This document shows positions 24,398 through 38,800 of a DNA stretch of 64,000 nucleotides, piece by piece (position 1 is the stretch's first letter; the number at the start of each line of letters is the position of its first letter). Under the pieces are notes generated by a model. That model was not told the DNA's origin. It did no database searches and worked only from the letters and a program-made list of their open reading frames with translations. The stretch covers positions 62,001 through 126,000 of the forward strand of contig KZ538137.1 of assembly GCA_000934665.2 (NCBI GenBank), given 5' to 3'. The DNA comes from Catajapyx aquilonaris (lineage: Eukaryota). The translations under genes and the position numbers were made by a program.

Positions 24398-27329
24398 CGC
24401 CTGCTGGGGGCCAGACCGTGCCTCCGAACCCACAAGTGGTAGTGTGGGGTGTACGACTAAAGATATAGAATTTAATATACTTGGGTGTTTTTTTTGAAGG
24501 ATTTTATTTTATGTGGGACTTCAAAGAACTTTTTTTTTCTTGACAAATCCAGTCTATGTATGGTGATCTCAGACAATTTGAAATGATGAGTGAGGTGATC
24601 AGTTAATGGATCATGGATTTTTCTACGTATGTGAATTGTGTGGTGCTGTTGGACTGGAGCCAAAGTGTGTCAAGTTAACACGCTTAACTGTCAGTTTTAT
24701 ACTTTTTGTGTGAAATTTTACAGGTATGAGAAAATTGAAGCAAGAAAATAGACATTTTTCATGTGCCCTTATAGTTCTAATTGATGTCACACCACTTTTT
24801 AATTTCACAAATCTTATGTGCAAGAAGGGCCATAGAATGGATTGCTTAATTGCAGTTCCATGCAATTTTGATACTTCTCTATGTCAGTGCATTCATTAGG
24901 GGAAACAAGTCATGCACATTGTTGTTGTTGACTGTTGTGCTTCCTGTATGGTTTTCATACTCCTTGGCACGTTTTGGCTCTGCTGTGTAACATGATCCAA
25001 GATCCAACCAAAAGCCACAAACGTTAACCTTCATGATGATATTTCATTGTGCAATACATTGTCATAAAAATCATGTTTCAAGACTGATTTTTTTTCCCCT
25101 GCATGCAATTTTTTTCTTCTCTCTCCGTCATGGTACCCATTATTATCTGGTTCTGGCTCCAGTTCCAAATTATGATTGATAACTAACAATAAGTGACCAA
25201 CTTGACTCAGAGCTATTCTCAAGATTACTTATACATACAAAGCTGCATTGGCAGCCTCGTTAATCATTCCACTAGTTATTTTTATGTCTGTCACTTTTTG
25301 TGCGTAAGAGATTCCCCTGTTCCACTCACCTAACTGCTCTGCATTTTTTATATATAAATACCTTCCCCATGTCCCATGCAGCATCACTTTGAATGTGTAT
25401 GAGTGCACGTTGCAGATGTGCAGATGAAGCCTTTACATTATGCAGATCCAAACAGCTGGGTCTCAGACAAAACGCACAATTTTACTATGTACTTTTGTGA
25501 AGGCTAGTCAGGAGCATGTGTTTGAAAGAATGACCAGGACCCAGGTGCCCTGAAACTTGATGCCTAAGTCATTAATAATTCTGCCAGTCATGGCAGTGCT
25601 GCATTGATCTGACTGTGAGCTTGTAGCATGATAGATTATGAATAAAGTCTCAAAAATGATGTCCCATAGGGCTGGATTTTAGTTGGCAAACTGGGAGCAG
25701 ATCAAGGGTGATCTATTTGTTAGTATGCATTGATTTGTGCATATGAGATGGAAGCACCAAGTTGGCAAGGTAGCATTAAAGATTACCAATTATGGGCAGC
25801 CAAAATTTCAGTAGGTTTTTTTTTTGGCTCCGAATACCATTGATGACACCAACAACCAAACAAGTTCCTCCACCTTGCACTGGTATTTTTTGGTGAAGAA
25901 TTTCGTTATGCGAGATTCGGAGTATTGCGGGACTGTTCTGCCTTGCTAACCTACCAACTTTCTACAACCAACTTCATAAAATGTGACATACAGTACACTG
26001 TACAGAGAAGTGTGTTGTGATTGGGAACAATTGGAGCAATACTGTGTAACTGTAGTGGTGATTGTGGAGCGTAGCATCATGCAGCTTTTGATTTCTGTTT
26101 AATGAAAAGTAATGTCCAGCATAGAAGATTGGAGGTGTGCAGTGAGGCTATGTAGACTCAAAAGTTTCATTCTAGGAATGACTGTGCAATTCGAAATGAT
26201 TGATAGGTCCTTGAAGAACCTGCCCAGATTTTTGTGAATTGTATTCCCATTTTGGCTACCTTTGATAATTTCTGGGACGATAATGCAGAGAACTTGGAAA
26301 AACAAAATGATAAATAATCCCAAGCTAGTTTTGAGAAGGAAACTCTGTGCATCTTAGGAGGTAAAAATGCAATTTTTAAAATGTTGAAGTTCAGAAAAAA
26401 ATTAACATTGATGAGAATTATTCTAATGACATGTGGAATGCTGTCCAAAGTTGTGCAGCTGTGAAATGAACCCAGAGAGCAATGCACTTCTGATAATTCC
26501 AACATAACCCCCCCCCCCCCCACACCCNCCTCCCTTGCGTAGGTGTCAAATGTAACAAAAGTCATTTTGGTGATTTCATTGTCAATTTGGAGGTCACTGG
26601 AAACTTTGCAAAATAATGTCATTACTTTGTCAGAAAAAATCTGCTGCCTAAGGGATGGATTATTTGCATATTGCATATCACTAAGTTGTGAAAGTTTAGT
26701 AGCTTATCAATGTCTTGGCCTGAAGTTCTCAGTAAATACATGATGTGGACAGGAGCTGGTGCTGTTGTAACAGCATAAGCTTCTTGCGAATTCCTGCTGA
26801 TCAATTCTGATGAGTTAAAGTTCTTCTGCGATGTGTACAGGATCTGACCAACATCATTTCATATATGAATGCGAACTGCTGCAAAAGTTGTAAATGAACT
26901 CGAGTGTTGTGTTAAAAAGTATTCATATGACTTGGTTCCTGTATAAAATTATGACATGTAGTAAAATTATTTGTAAAGAAAAATAAGTCACGTACCAAAG
27001 CACTTTCATGACATGCTGTGAAAGGTGCATGTTTGAACCTGTCAGAAGGATTATTTGCAAATCACAAAGGTGTAGTTTATGTGTCATTTTTACAAGAAAA
27101 TAAACTGATTTTAAAAATCTGTAATGACAGCTCTCTTTATTAAGCAAGTGCATTGTTTTGTCTTATTGTGTGCTGTGGAAGAGAATAGTGAAGATTTCTT
27201 TTTTCTATATGGAGGTTAATTTCACACGTTTATGAATTATTTTGCGGCCTCCCTCTACCTAGTCACTAGACATATTTTTCGAGAAGAGGGCTCGCTATCA
27301 TAACGGAATTTTAAAATATTTTCTGACTA

Positions 27330-29429
27330 CTACCACATTATAGACCCCTTCACTTTCTTCTTCTGATTACTTCTTGGTGTATCTGCGACCCAAATCTTAT
27401 CTGCGCTGTCTTTCCCACTTTCCACTATATCATCCATCCTCCTGTAGCCCTTCCCCACCATTTCTAGCCACCTGCTGCCCTTGTTAACAGTCTTGGGTGG
27501 AACAGAGGCTGCTAGGGTACTGGGTATGGTCGAAGACTTTTTGAAATACTCCAGGGCTCTCCCAGATTTCTTCAACTTCTCTGGGATTGGTTCTCGCTTG
27601 TTGGGTTCCCTTGTAAATGGGATCGGGCTGGCAAGCTTGGTGTTTGGAAGATTTAGCTCCAGTGTCTTCGTAGTAATTCTAGCCCTATGCTTTTCTACTG
27701 GTGGTACCATTGGGCTGTAACTGAATATGAATGAAAATAATGAAATAGGGTGTCAATGAATTGATAGTTTGGCATATTACTTTCCATTGTTCCAGTATTC
27801 ATTTATTCTGGGTCAAAGAAGCTTGGCATAAAAAGTATGTTGCATGGTACAAATTAATTTATTATATTCTCAATTTTTAATCAGGTGTAGATTTCAAAGG
27901 TGTAAATTAATATCAAAGTTACATGAAATATTTCAGGACTGTTGCATCTGAATAATGGATTTCAATGTAACTTTGTCCAAAAATCATTATTCTGTGGCAT
28001 ACCTGCTTTGTGGAGATGATGACGGCAGTGGAGATGGTGAACACAGTGTAGGTGGTGGAGATGGAGGTGGTGCCTTGGAAGACTTAGTTGGCTGTGGCAC
28101 ATACCCATCCAGTATGACTCGGAGTATCTCGTTGGGCAAACCTGGGAACTTCTTTTTTCTGTGTAGGTCAGGTGGCTCCAAGTTCACTACATGTGGGATG
28201 ACGCACTCTCGAGATACTGGTAGTTTCTTTCTCACAGAGGAGCGAAAAGAAGGCATGAAGAAAGGGCAGATCTCCGCACTACTGCTTGAGGTTGCCTTAG
28301 CCACAAGAGATGGTGCTGTTGATTGGTACATGAGTCAGGTCAAATTGGCCAAGTCACCAAGAGGCCATTTTAAGAGTTGACAAATTCCTCCACCCACACT
28401 GGTGTCAAATTTACATAGGTATGCAACATGTGAAAATATTGTAGAAATGGGTTAAAATACAAAACTAGCAGTACCCTTGTGCAGTGTTGTAACGTAGGGC
28501 ATTCTTTCTTTCTTCTCAAAGCGTGACTTGGACACGATGCGTCCCAAATGCAAGGTGAGAGCGACCTTGCCTTCTACCCAGTCATTCCGTGACTTCCAAC
28601 ACTGTGGATGACTGCACTCTGTCAGGCAGCATGATGCTTCTGGAAGTGGCTATACCCACAAAATGCTACGTAAGAGCAGCTATCACTGAACTCAGAAAAC
28701 AAATCCAGCCAATTGCACTTGTTATTAACTGATAGTTAATTTTCCAAAACAATAGAAAAAGAAATACAATCCCAAATAATGACATTATCATTACATGCAT
28801 AAATGTACCGTTTTCCTGTAGAATGGTAGTACTAAGTTCAAGTTCAAATCATTTGTGGGAATGTCCCATTAATAAGCACACCAGACTTTATTAATCTTAC
28901 GTAATAAGCTCTTATAGGGGAGGCATGGTGGTCTAGTCTCTAGTGGTTACGCCACTGGCCAGCCAAGAGGGAGGCCGGTGTTCAAATCCCGTCCCCGTCA
29001 TCTCTGCTTGGCCAGGTCTTTTTCCGCTTTTCACCCGACATGCCGGGGCAAAATTGCACTCCCTACTCTGCCCAGGGCCAGGCGAAAAGGTCTGATGTAT
29101 TTTCAGAAAAGTCAGAAATGACTAATGCACAGCGCCCTCCCTTGGGAACCTCCCCTTCCCCCCTAAAAGGGCTCCACCCTATCACGGGGTACATTAATAT
29201 TTAAAAAAATTTAAAATGTTATAAGCTCTTGAGATGAAAGCATGACGTCAATCCTCCCTGTCATTGAACTCACCTGGATATACTTTGGTGTAGGCACATT
29301 GACGTCCAAGACATGTGGAAGTGGGACTGACCACCCTAGACCTAAGGGATCATTGCTCCCCATCTTTATGCCAGACTCCATGCATTGGGGTTTGCTGATC
29401 ACTTTCATTAATACGTTTGGTCTTGCCAT
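27330..29429 (-). CDS. uncharacterised Pro/Ser-rich protein with a C9orf43/DUF4647-like CxHPQCW motif; 3' end uncertain
   Basis: Four exons join in frame with GT-AG introns: 29429-29274 (phase 0), 28649-28475 (PLPEASCCLTECSHPQCWKSRND..., phase 1), 28315-28003 (phase 2), 27720-27330 (TAG). Confidence 0.6.
28917..29210 (+). mobile_element. tRNA-derived SINE (3' end approximate)
   Basis: GGGGAGGCATGGTGGTCTAG...TAGTGG A-box-like head, B box GTTCAAATCC at ~28980, non-tRNA body and A/T-rich tail. Confidence 0.6.
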
Positions 29430-30351
29430 ATCTCTGTTCTTTATTTTCCCAGTAAATTATGGGCTACTGTGGATAGGTCAAAGACATAATATTTATCAAA
29501 TCTAACATAATTATATTCTCAAGAACTGCTCTCAGAAAAGACCTTGAGAGTATCAGCCCTAGTCAATATATGATGCCAGTTAGCCAGTATGAAGAAAAAT
29601 ATGCAACTAGTGCATCATTAACCATTAAAAATGCAAGGGACATGAAACGACTGCTTACTTTTTTCCTCGCCTGTCCATATTATGGATGCAGCATTATGAA
29701 CAGTAATTTTGTTGCCTAATAGAATGGCTGTCAACATTACACCAGCAGGTGCCAAGATACCGACAATAATGTGAAGCCCCGTTTCTATGTAAAAGTGTGT
29801 TCAAAAGTTAATGAATTGAATTCAAGGTCCCATTCACAAATGGGTGGATAAGATGTACAAAAAGAATCACTTGCTTACCAATATAATGTTACTTGGCAAC
29901 CAACTTGTACTACTCACCTTATTTATTTTCAATTGTTCATGACTCTGGCCTCAACTGACTTGTAAATGTAACATTATTTTTAAAGGCACAAAATTGACAT
30001 CACTGTTGTTATTACTGAGCAAATTATAATGTCAATGGCAACAAAGATGGTGGGGTCAACATTCATTCATACATTTGATTCATTTCAGTTCAACATTCAT
30101 ACAAAGGCAAAATTCCAATTTTCCTTTCACGACTCTGTGCACACTTCATCTCGGCCGTTCCATTGCGATTTTCGGAAATCAAAACATCTCACAGTTAGTT
30201 GATTTTGTCTCCATTATATTATAGAAACTAGCAAGTAACCCGATGTGTTCTAATGACATGTTGAATGCCATCCCAGAAGGGTCATGTGTGTGTAATAGTC
30301 CATGCACATATCTGGTAATAACTAATAGGGCATGTTATAATATACAGGGTG

Positions 30352-30426
30352 TCTCAACTTTTTTATCCGATCAGTTATTGGAAAAGCATAGCCTTTTCCG
30401 ATAACTGATCAGACAAAAAAGTTGAG
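30352..30426. repeat. short palindrome within a TA-CAGGGTG (Tc1/mariner-like) remnant
   Basis: CTCAACTTTTTTATCCGATCAGTTATTGGAAAAG ... CTTTTCCGATAACTGATCAGACAAAAAAGTTGAG. Confidence 0.6.
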
Positions 30427-32881
30427 TTGTATTATTAGATTGTAGTATTTTGGGGTTTCAAGTTGGTTGTTTCAATGTATTATGACTTGATTGAGTGCTA
30501 TTCTCCTTCATTATGGGCTACATGCCCTTACAGGGAAAATGTCATAACAACAAATGAATGAAAATCATAACAGATCCAATGGCTGACAGAAAGTAAACAA
30601 CTTTCCCACCACCCTGTACACGTGAGTTTATGATCAATATTTTTCTGTACGTAGCACGAAAAATCCAGTCTATTCCAAGCATTGGAAGAAGTCAATATTG
30701 TCATGAAGATTTACAGATAATTGTGTGTATGTGTCATAAACCTTAATCACTTATCATAATTCCTGTGGTCTTTGACATGCACATAACAGTTGCAACAAGG
30801 ATCATTCTCACATTTGCAAAAGTGGCATACAAGCGTAGCTGACAACTTATCTTATAGAACTTTGCTACCATGAATTTCTTGGGTTTCAACTCAGCAAAGT
30901 AATTAATTGAAATTGCATGTGTAATTATTTTTAAGCAAATAAAATCTGCTGATGCTTACCTAAGCTGAATAGCTAAACTGGATCCTGCTCTAATGTAATT
31001 AGAACACCAAATTAAAAAAACAATGCAATAATAATCTGGTGTCAAAAAAAGAATACTCCCGTTACTGACAACCACATTTGCTAGTTTGCCTTAAAAATAA
31101 CGTCCTCCAGAAGTCAAATAGGCAAGGATTTAGGGAGAGGAAGACAATGAATAAAATCATGGCTTGGAGGAACTCCAGATTATGGTGTATTCATTTGTGT
31201 GGAATTTAGACATCATGTATCCCTTACTCTATATTCCCAAGACAACCTTTTTTTTCTTCTTCTTCAAATTGAAACACTACAACATTTTGGTCACAAAAAT
31301 CTTAACATCTACACCAACAAAACAATATGGCAATAAATAGGTAAATAAATACACAATAAATTAAAATATGAACACTCAAAAAACCCTATTAACCACATAA
31401 TAGTTTACAATGTTCAGCATTTGAGTAAATTGATCTTTGGCTCTTGCTTCCTGTTGCTAAGTCAAAATAACACGGGCTATCACAACATGATGTATCCAAG
31501 CAAAAATTACTCTCCCTTTTACATTTAAACACACCCTTTTAATAGGCCGCAAGCAGTATTAAGCCTACCTGCTCACATGAAAAGATAAGAGTACTGGCAG
31601 TTTGGAATGTAATACAGTTGACCATGATAAACATGAACTTGTACTGATATGACAAACTCTCCTTGGCTCTCAGATGCACAAAAATAAAGATATTTTGCCA
31701 ATGTACGAATCATAAACATAACATGTGTCATCATATTGCCCAATCAGCTTGCTTGCACATCTGCTTACCAAACACTTGAAGTCACACCAAAACTTATCGC
31801 AAAAAAATGCACAGCATCATTCTTGATATGAAATTTTGAAATACAAATACAATAGTTGGTTTGAATTTGGGATCACATTTTTCTTTACCATCTTTTGAGC
31901 TCCCCACAATGCCTTTGTTTTTTCTCTCTTTTTTCCCCCTTCCCTGCAAGACTGAATGACTAGAATCTCAGGAACAACACTAGTAAATGACTCAATTTGG
32001 GCATTTGAGTTGGTGCTTTTAGAGGGAGAGGGAGATATAAGTAAATGCTATTAACTACTATCACTACTAATTAGCAGGCATGTGTAGGGACTTGTTTTAA
32101 TCAAAAGTTTGTTTGTTCTGACTTAAAAATTGATGTTTACACACACTAGTCCTAATGTATATCTCAAATTCCATGTCTTCTCAAGATTTGTGCCAAAGGT
32201 GAACCATTCCTTAACGAGCCATACAATTCAATAGATACCATTGAAGAGCCCTTTTTTTTCCCCCTTACTGTCAATAAGGATTATGATACTGATATAAACA
32301 AACTATTTTGTACTATTGCAATTTCATCCATGTTCATATCTATGGCAAAAGAAATATTTGATCAAGACAGGTCCCAAAATTAGGAGTAAAATGGACAATG
32401 TCATACCACATAATGGCCAACTCAAATTGGTTCCATTGCAACTTTTTTGTTCAAATTTTTTTTGCACTGTATTGAAATGCAGGGAAGGTTGAGGTGACAG
32501 GACAATGTATAGGGGAATATCTATTAATAGAAACTTCTTTCCGGAGGCTGATAAGTGACTAGCTGCTATGAAGGAAAAAAAGTTACTGCTCACCACCCAT
32601 AAAAGTTGGCCATTCAGTTCTCTTTTAGTCGGGAATAGTGTTGTGTATGTGTTGTATGTTTAGTGTGAGGGGGGCAAGGAACAACACAAGAAACACAAGT
32701 GGTGGCTTCACACTCGACCTCACTTGAGTTCATAGAGCGAGAGATGAGAGTGAGACAGAGATAAGATATAGATAGGTTGAGACAAATGCAAGGGTGGGGT
32801 GGAGGGTGGGATAGAAGTGGAAGGAATTGTGTTTGGAGTGAGGGTCGGGAGGAGGAGGAAGGATTAATAGATCACCAGCAG

Positions 32882-35800
32882 TCAGTTGAGCTCGTTGGGG
32901 TCAAGGAAGTGATCGCGGACCTCCAGGTGATTGGCCAGATCCATCACTATGCGCTGGAGACTAGGGTGGTCCAGAATGTCCAGCTCGGGCAGAAGTGGGT
33001 GGGCTCGGGGGTGGTACTGACGACCCTGGTGGAAAGTTAGAGATCTTGAGTTTCTAGTCATGTCAAATTACACTCCAACATGCAGTACTTTTCTCATTAT
33101 TTTACATAACAACAGTCTGAAGGTCTCAAATGCACACTGCACCTCAGTACCTACTAAGAGACACCCTGGCTGTCACAAACTTAATGCCAGATCAGGAGCT
33201 TGGTCAGTTGTCAGCCACAACAGATCTCCCAAAACCCCTCATTCAACTTTAGTGCAAATGCACCTGATTTTTGGAGCTGTGTCAGGCTTCCTTATGCCTG
33301 CATGCTCCACAATACTTCCATTATTTGCATGCTGTTGGCTACTAAATGCCTATTGGCCGGTGCTTTGGTATCTGCACCCTTTGGTATTCTTTTATCCTTA
33401 CAAAGGGGGATAGCAGAGTGCACTTCTTCCTCAGTTAATAGAAAAAATATGCAGCCATTTGAAAAGATAACTAAATGACACTTCCAATTTATGTCATCTC
33501 AAAATCATAATTCATAAGGTTTAAGTTTCACTCTGCATCCCCTGCAAACCACAGCTGCACCTAATAACAGAAAGCTGGGTACTTGGCCGACTGGTAGAAC
33601 ATGATTCAAAATGTCTCCAGTTATCTCTAATCAACTCCATAGGCTTGTCCTGTGGCTGATTGCCACTCTTGACACCCAAGAGACCCATTGTCATCCATTC
33701 TTGCAACCCGTTTTGTCCTGGCATCTGGTGGATGACAGTGTCAGTCAAGAACGAGAATGAGAATGTGGGTTTGTGGCAAGAAGATACTGTCAAATTTTCT
33801 ATGCTGACTGGGAGGATCTTCTAGACAGCTAGAGCAAATCCATTACAGCCAATCATAGAGCTACAGTAATATTATCTCACATAAGTGGAAAATAAAATGA
33901 GCACATGCTGCCTTAGTGTCGCATTGATTGATCAATTTACAAAAGCAGATCAATAAAATGGCAGTTTATTAACAAAAATTACTTTTTAAAACCTCAATAT
34001 AACGCTCTTCAAGGGACCGCCCAAAAGTAGTGTTATATGTGGGAAAATCTACCTTATGGAAATGATTGAGAGACTGGAAAAAAGGGGCGTTAAAAGTGGG
34101 AACGTGTTATATGTGGGAGTGTTATATGGAGGTTTTACTGTATTTCGTTATGAGACCAAATGATACTTTAAAAATGTCCTGCTCCTGAGCAGAAATCTGA
34201 AAAATCCCCCAAATTTCCTGTTTATGCATAGTGTGGACCAGTCCATCAAACTTGGTTGATGTCATGATTTTGTGTTTCGTGTGGTTCCCAGCTAGGCTGC
34301 TTGTACTACACATGGTAAAAAGTGACCATATTGATAGCTTACAAAAGCTGCAAATAATTGCAATTAACTTGTCTGCTGGAGATTGTGTTACAGCACTGTG
34401 ATACCTGTGACCATTCTAATAACTCTTTTGCAATTGTGGACATAATTACTAAGTACTCACTTTGAACGCTCGGTGTAGTCGCAAAACCACATCACAGAAG
34501 ATGTACCTCAAGACCAACAAGCGCAAAAAATCGTCTCCAAAGAACTGGAGGTACACATGATCTGAAATGACAAAGGCCACCTAAGAAAAACTGCCTGTGT
34601 GAAAGAACAACATATTCTGAATTCCTCCTCACCTACTGCTCTGGACCGTGTAACTAGGCGGCTTGCTTCAGTGACAAACCGATCAACATAAGCCTGACAT
34701 CTTTCCCATAAGTGGACAGCAATGTCCACAATGTTACACACAAAGCAGAAGGCAGTCAAGGGGCTGTGCAGAAACAGCGTGAACAGGCTGCCTTTATGCT
34801 GGTGATCTACAGTTCATTGAAAGAAGAGAACAGGTTAGTCTCCTGAACAGTGAAGTTTCAGTTGTAAAAAGAGCGACTACCATGGAAAGCTGGTGGAACG
34901 TCCTGAGGAGACATAAGAACCACCAGCGGTTGGCCAAAATGCCTGGGCATGTGTTGGAAGGCAAAACTGTTGTCAGAGTCCACAATCACAAAGAATGGCT
35001 TGCGTTGAAATGGGAAGAGGTCTCCAGGGTACAGGCTGTAATACATATTGAACTGTTAGTCAACTATCAAGAAAACTGTCCAAGATGCAGGCTGTTTCTG
35101 CAATTTTGGCAGAATGTTTGCTGTTATCCTTCTGATATGTTCACCCATGGACACATGCATCCTGTAGTACTATGCGTTTCAAAATTGTGCTAGTATCAGT
35201 ATTAGTGAAAATCTGTCCTGTCACTTCCTTATTACGTGTGGCAGCGAGTTACACACTTGGGAAGTTCATATTTAAGTGGCTTTCAAGTGGCACATATGAT
35301 TCAATGGTAAATTTTAAGGTGGCTGTGTAGGGACATGCGTCCATGAAGTTTCCACCAATACAGTTGTGAGCTAAATTCTGAAATTGCCTGCCCAGGAAGT
35401 GCATCTCAAACTAAGTCACAACACATGTCACACATGTAATTACCAGTGCATTTCTTTAAGCTGAAGGGAGCGCTTGTTGATGTGGTCCAACTCCCGCTTG
35501 CTATTAGTTGCCACACCACCCAACTCATATCCAACTACAAGTAAGATTAGAGAGGTTAGTATTCTTTCACACTTCATGACAGCAAAATATATACTTGCCA
35601 TCTTGTGTCTGCTTTGCAGATGGAAAACATCCATCAGCAGACACGTAGAGGAGAAGGGCTCCATTAGGGGGCAGCTCTTTGAAACCTGCCACATAAAGAC
35701 AGTGGAATCAGTCAACAATTTTGTTAAAACAACTGTAATGCTAAACTTGCCTGAAGCTAAGAAAACCATCAGTTGGCTAAAGGTGGGTCTGTACAGCAGG

Positions 35801-38800
35801 TACTTGTGCGGGTTTTCCCGCTTGATTGGACGCTCGCCATTCTCCTGTTGCAACAATAGAAAAATCAGCTGCTGTTAATGGGCACTGATTATTTAAGTAC
35901 TGTCAACAGTGATCTCTCAGCTTGATCCCCTTTCTCACTCAACAAGAAACCTAAATTGCTCACACATTTGCAAGCAAATTATAATTATGCAAAAATACTT
36001 TTACTATTTTTATCTGAAAGGGGTTACATATGGGTGAATGATTATGCAAGAAAATATGCCATGCTGTGTGACACACCCTTCATAAATATGGTCCTTAAAA
36101 AATGAAGCCCTTGGTGTATATCTAGACAGCAATATGTTGCTTGGTTTATTTTTTATACAAATTTCCTGCTACACCAATAAGACAGGGCATTGACCAAGGC
36201 TGAGTGTACCAGGTTTCAAAAATGAAGCCATATAGAGACAAAAGTATAATGTGCAAGATGTAACCTTTGTGTCACACATTCCTTTTGGCTTGAAAGTTGC
36301 ATAATCAATCCCTGAATTGAACTGAGCTTTCCATATTTAAAATGCACACAGTCCATGCAAAGCTAAGTGCATATCCATCATGAGCATAGCCTTCGAATGT
36401 GATAGTGCATCTCTCCACATTTACTAAGGCTCAGTGCTGCTGGGACATAAAACAGCAAACAGGCACATCAACAAATCCAAGTGAAAACAGAATACGACTG
36501 AAAATCCCACCCATAGCAACATGTTAACATAACCATAAATATGCCAAAAATTATATTTTAAAATAAAGTGCAGTGTTTAAGAGCCCCAGCAAGTGTGGAG
36601 TAGTGTTACAGTGTGTTATCAATTGAAATTTTAAGTATATTTGGTTAGTTGTTTTTCTTTTGTCTGTCATTTATCAGACAGGCATCCCTGGCGCTGCCTC
36701 ACTCACTATCGGAACCCTGCTGGGAGCAGGGGAAACGTCATAAACCTGGTTGAAGTCCTCCTGGGGCTCCCGCTCCAGAGTCTGTAGCATCCGAAACATG
36801 TCCATTGTCAGCTCACTAAATTTTACCTGAAAAGAGAGTATAAAATAATGTTAATTACATTTGTTACTGGAATTACTTTTTTATGCATTAAAGCATATTC
36901 AAGAGATGCGTAAGTCAATAAATAACAATTTAAAGGCTTAGTAAATATTAGTGTGCATGTGTTCAAAAAAACCTTGGGATATTTCTTTAAACCTTCAGTA
37001 GTTATTGCATCTTGCAACAATTTTAAAATATCAGAAACCTACCTAAGCTGGCATTCAGCTAAAAATTCACACAATTCAGATTAATTACAAATTCCCAGCA
37101 TTGACAAAGGGTTGTAAATCAAATACAGTGAGTAACCTGTGCAGAGTTAACGAAAAGATACATAATGTCGGTCACCTACAACCAGTGCTGTCGCGGGAAA
37201 ATTTCGGCAGGGTATACGCTGGAGCAGTGGCACACCCAGGAATTTTTTCAGGGTGGGGGGGTAGGGGGGTGGGAAGCAAGGCCACCGTAAGTCAATTCTT
37301 TTTTTGGGGGGGTGGGGGGGTTCAAAGACACACGAGCTTAGGTGAATGTGGGAGATTTGAATGGGTGTGTATTTGATGAAATTTATCAAGTGTCACAGCT
37401 GGGCAAAAAAAGACTCGACCCAATCTTTTGAGTGAGACGTGACTGCCGCAGCTCTGTAGCAGACTCCTTAAATTAGAGTGCAACTCCCTTCCCCTATAAG
37501 GTCTGTTTTTCCAGATGGGATGCATCTGGAGGATGAAGGTCCCTCCCAACCACACCACGAGGACCCTTGCCGAAAGCTCACATGACAGCCTTTGAAAAGA
37601 GCTCAAGTTCCGCCACCTCCACCCTCCCTCCCCCTTCCCCGTCTCGCCGATTACTGTCTGGCTCTAATGATGAGTGGTGCTAGTTGCGGGCTGAGTCAAA
37701 TATCTTTCTAATTTTTATTTTAGAGGATAAACGAAATGAGCCTGATTGAGAGACCTGCCAGGTGTAAGGTATACGCAGCGTATACCCGCGTATAACCTCA
37801 CATTTCGCATTTTCTCAACTGGGTATACACCATATATCTGCTTACCCCCTCTGCGATAGCACTGCCTACAACTCTCTGTAAATTTAGCTCCAGAAGAGTG
37901 AAAATACACTGCTTGTACTTGGTATTTCCAGAGAGGAAAAATATGTCATGAATGAATTTAACGCATTTAAAAAAATGAATAAACCAAACAAGCTCACTTG
38001 GTCACTACAGTTTCCCACGATGAGAATCTCCTGCAAGGTGAGGTTCATTGCTGGTGACTTCTCAACTGGTGGAGTAGTCAGCGGACTCAGCCTATTGATG
38101 GAACAAAAATAACTCCACCTGGGGGACCCAATTTCCCGTTGTTGACATCTCCCCCAAACCCAGAAATTCTCAAAGAAATTGTCACTGGAGCCCATATTTA
38201 CCTGAATGACAGGATGACATTGTTAGAATCTGCATCTAAAACATTGACCACATTGTCCGCTTCAATAAAGGAGCGGATCTCTCCCAGAACAAGGGACCAT
38301 TCCAGCTGATCCTCAGGCTCATAAGTGCTGGTGTAGTCATCAATCTGCTTCGCTAGTTCCTGCAAATGAAGGTTTCAATTATTTCTGTTACCATCATTGT
38401 GCATTCACTGATAAAAATTAAAATGCTCACCCTCACAAGCTCCCTGACCAGTTTCATCTTCTTCAGCAAGAGGCAAACCACAATGAACCGGGCATAGTAA
38501 CGTAACTTCTTTACCATCAGGTCGGATCTAGGAGAATAATCAAAACATGTTAAATCAGTGAACATCTTACAACTGTGTTAACAAATGGGACAAGAAGCAA
38601 ATGAGAAGCACACACCTGTCCTCCTTAGAGGCTCTTGAATAGTATCCACGGCCCCTAATGGCTCCGTAGAAGGAAAAAGCCTCATTGAGGTAATTGGTCT
38701 CACTTGTGCGCAGGCTAAAATGTTAGAAAGTGACAAAATTTGATCCAAATATCAAGACTCCATTTTGAAACCTTATTAGTTGATGGTACTTACTAATAGT

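Noticed and set aside
26099..26900. Further minus-strand exons of the DUF4647-like gene
   Set aside because: I could not join them in frame with convincing splice sites; left unresolved
28325..28345. In-frame TGA upstream of MYQST, considered as selenocysteine or a pseudogene lesion
   Set aside because: It lies in the intron when the caacag acceptor at 28316-28318 is used
28917..29000. tRNA gene
   Set aside because: A/B boxes present but the cloverleaf is broken by a TCTAG duplication, and the sequence continues as a SINE-like body
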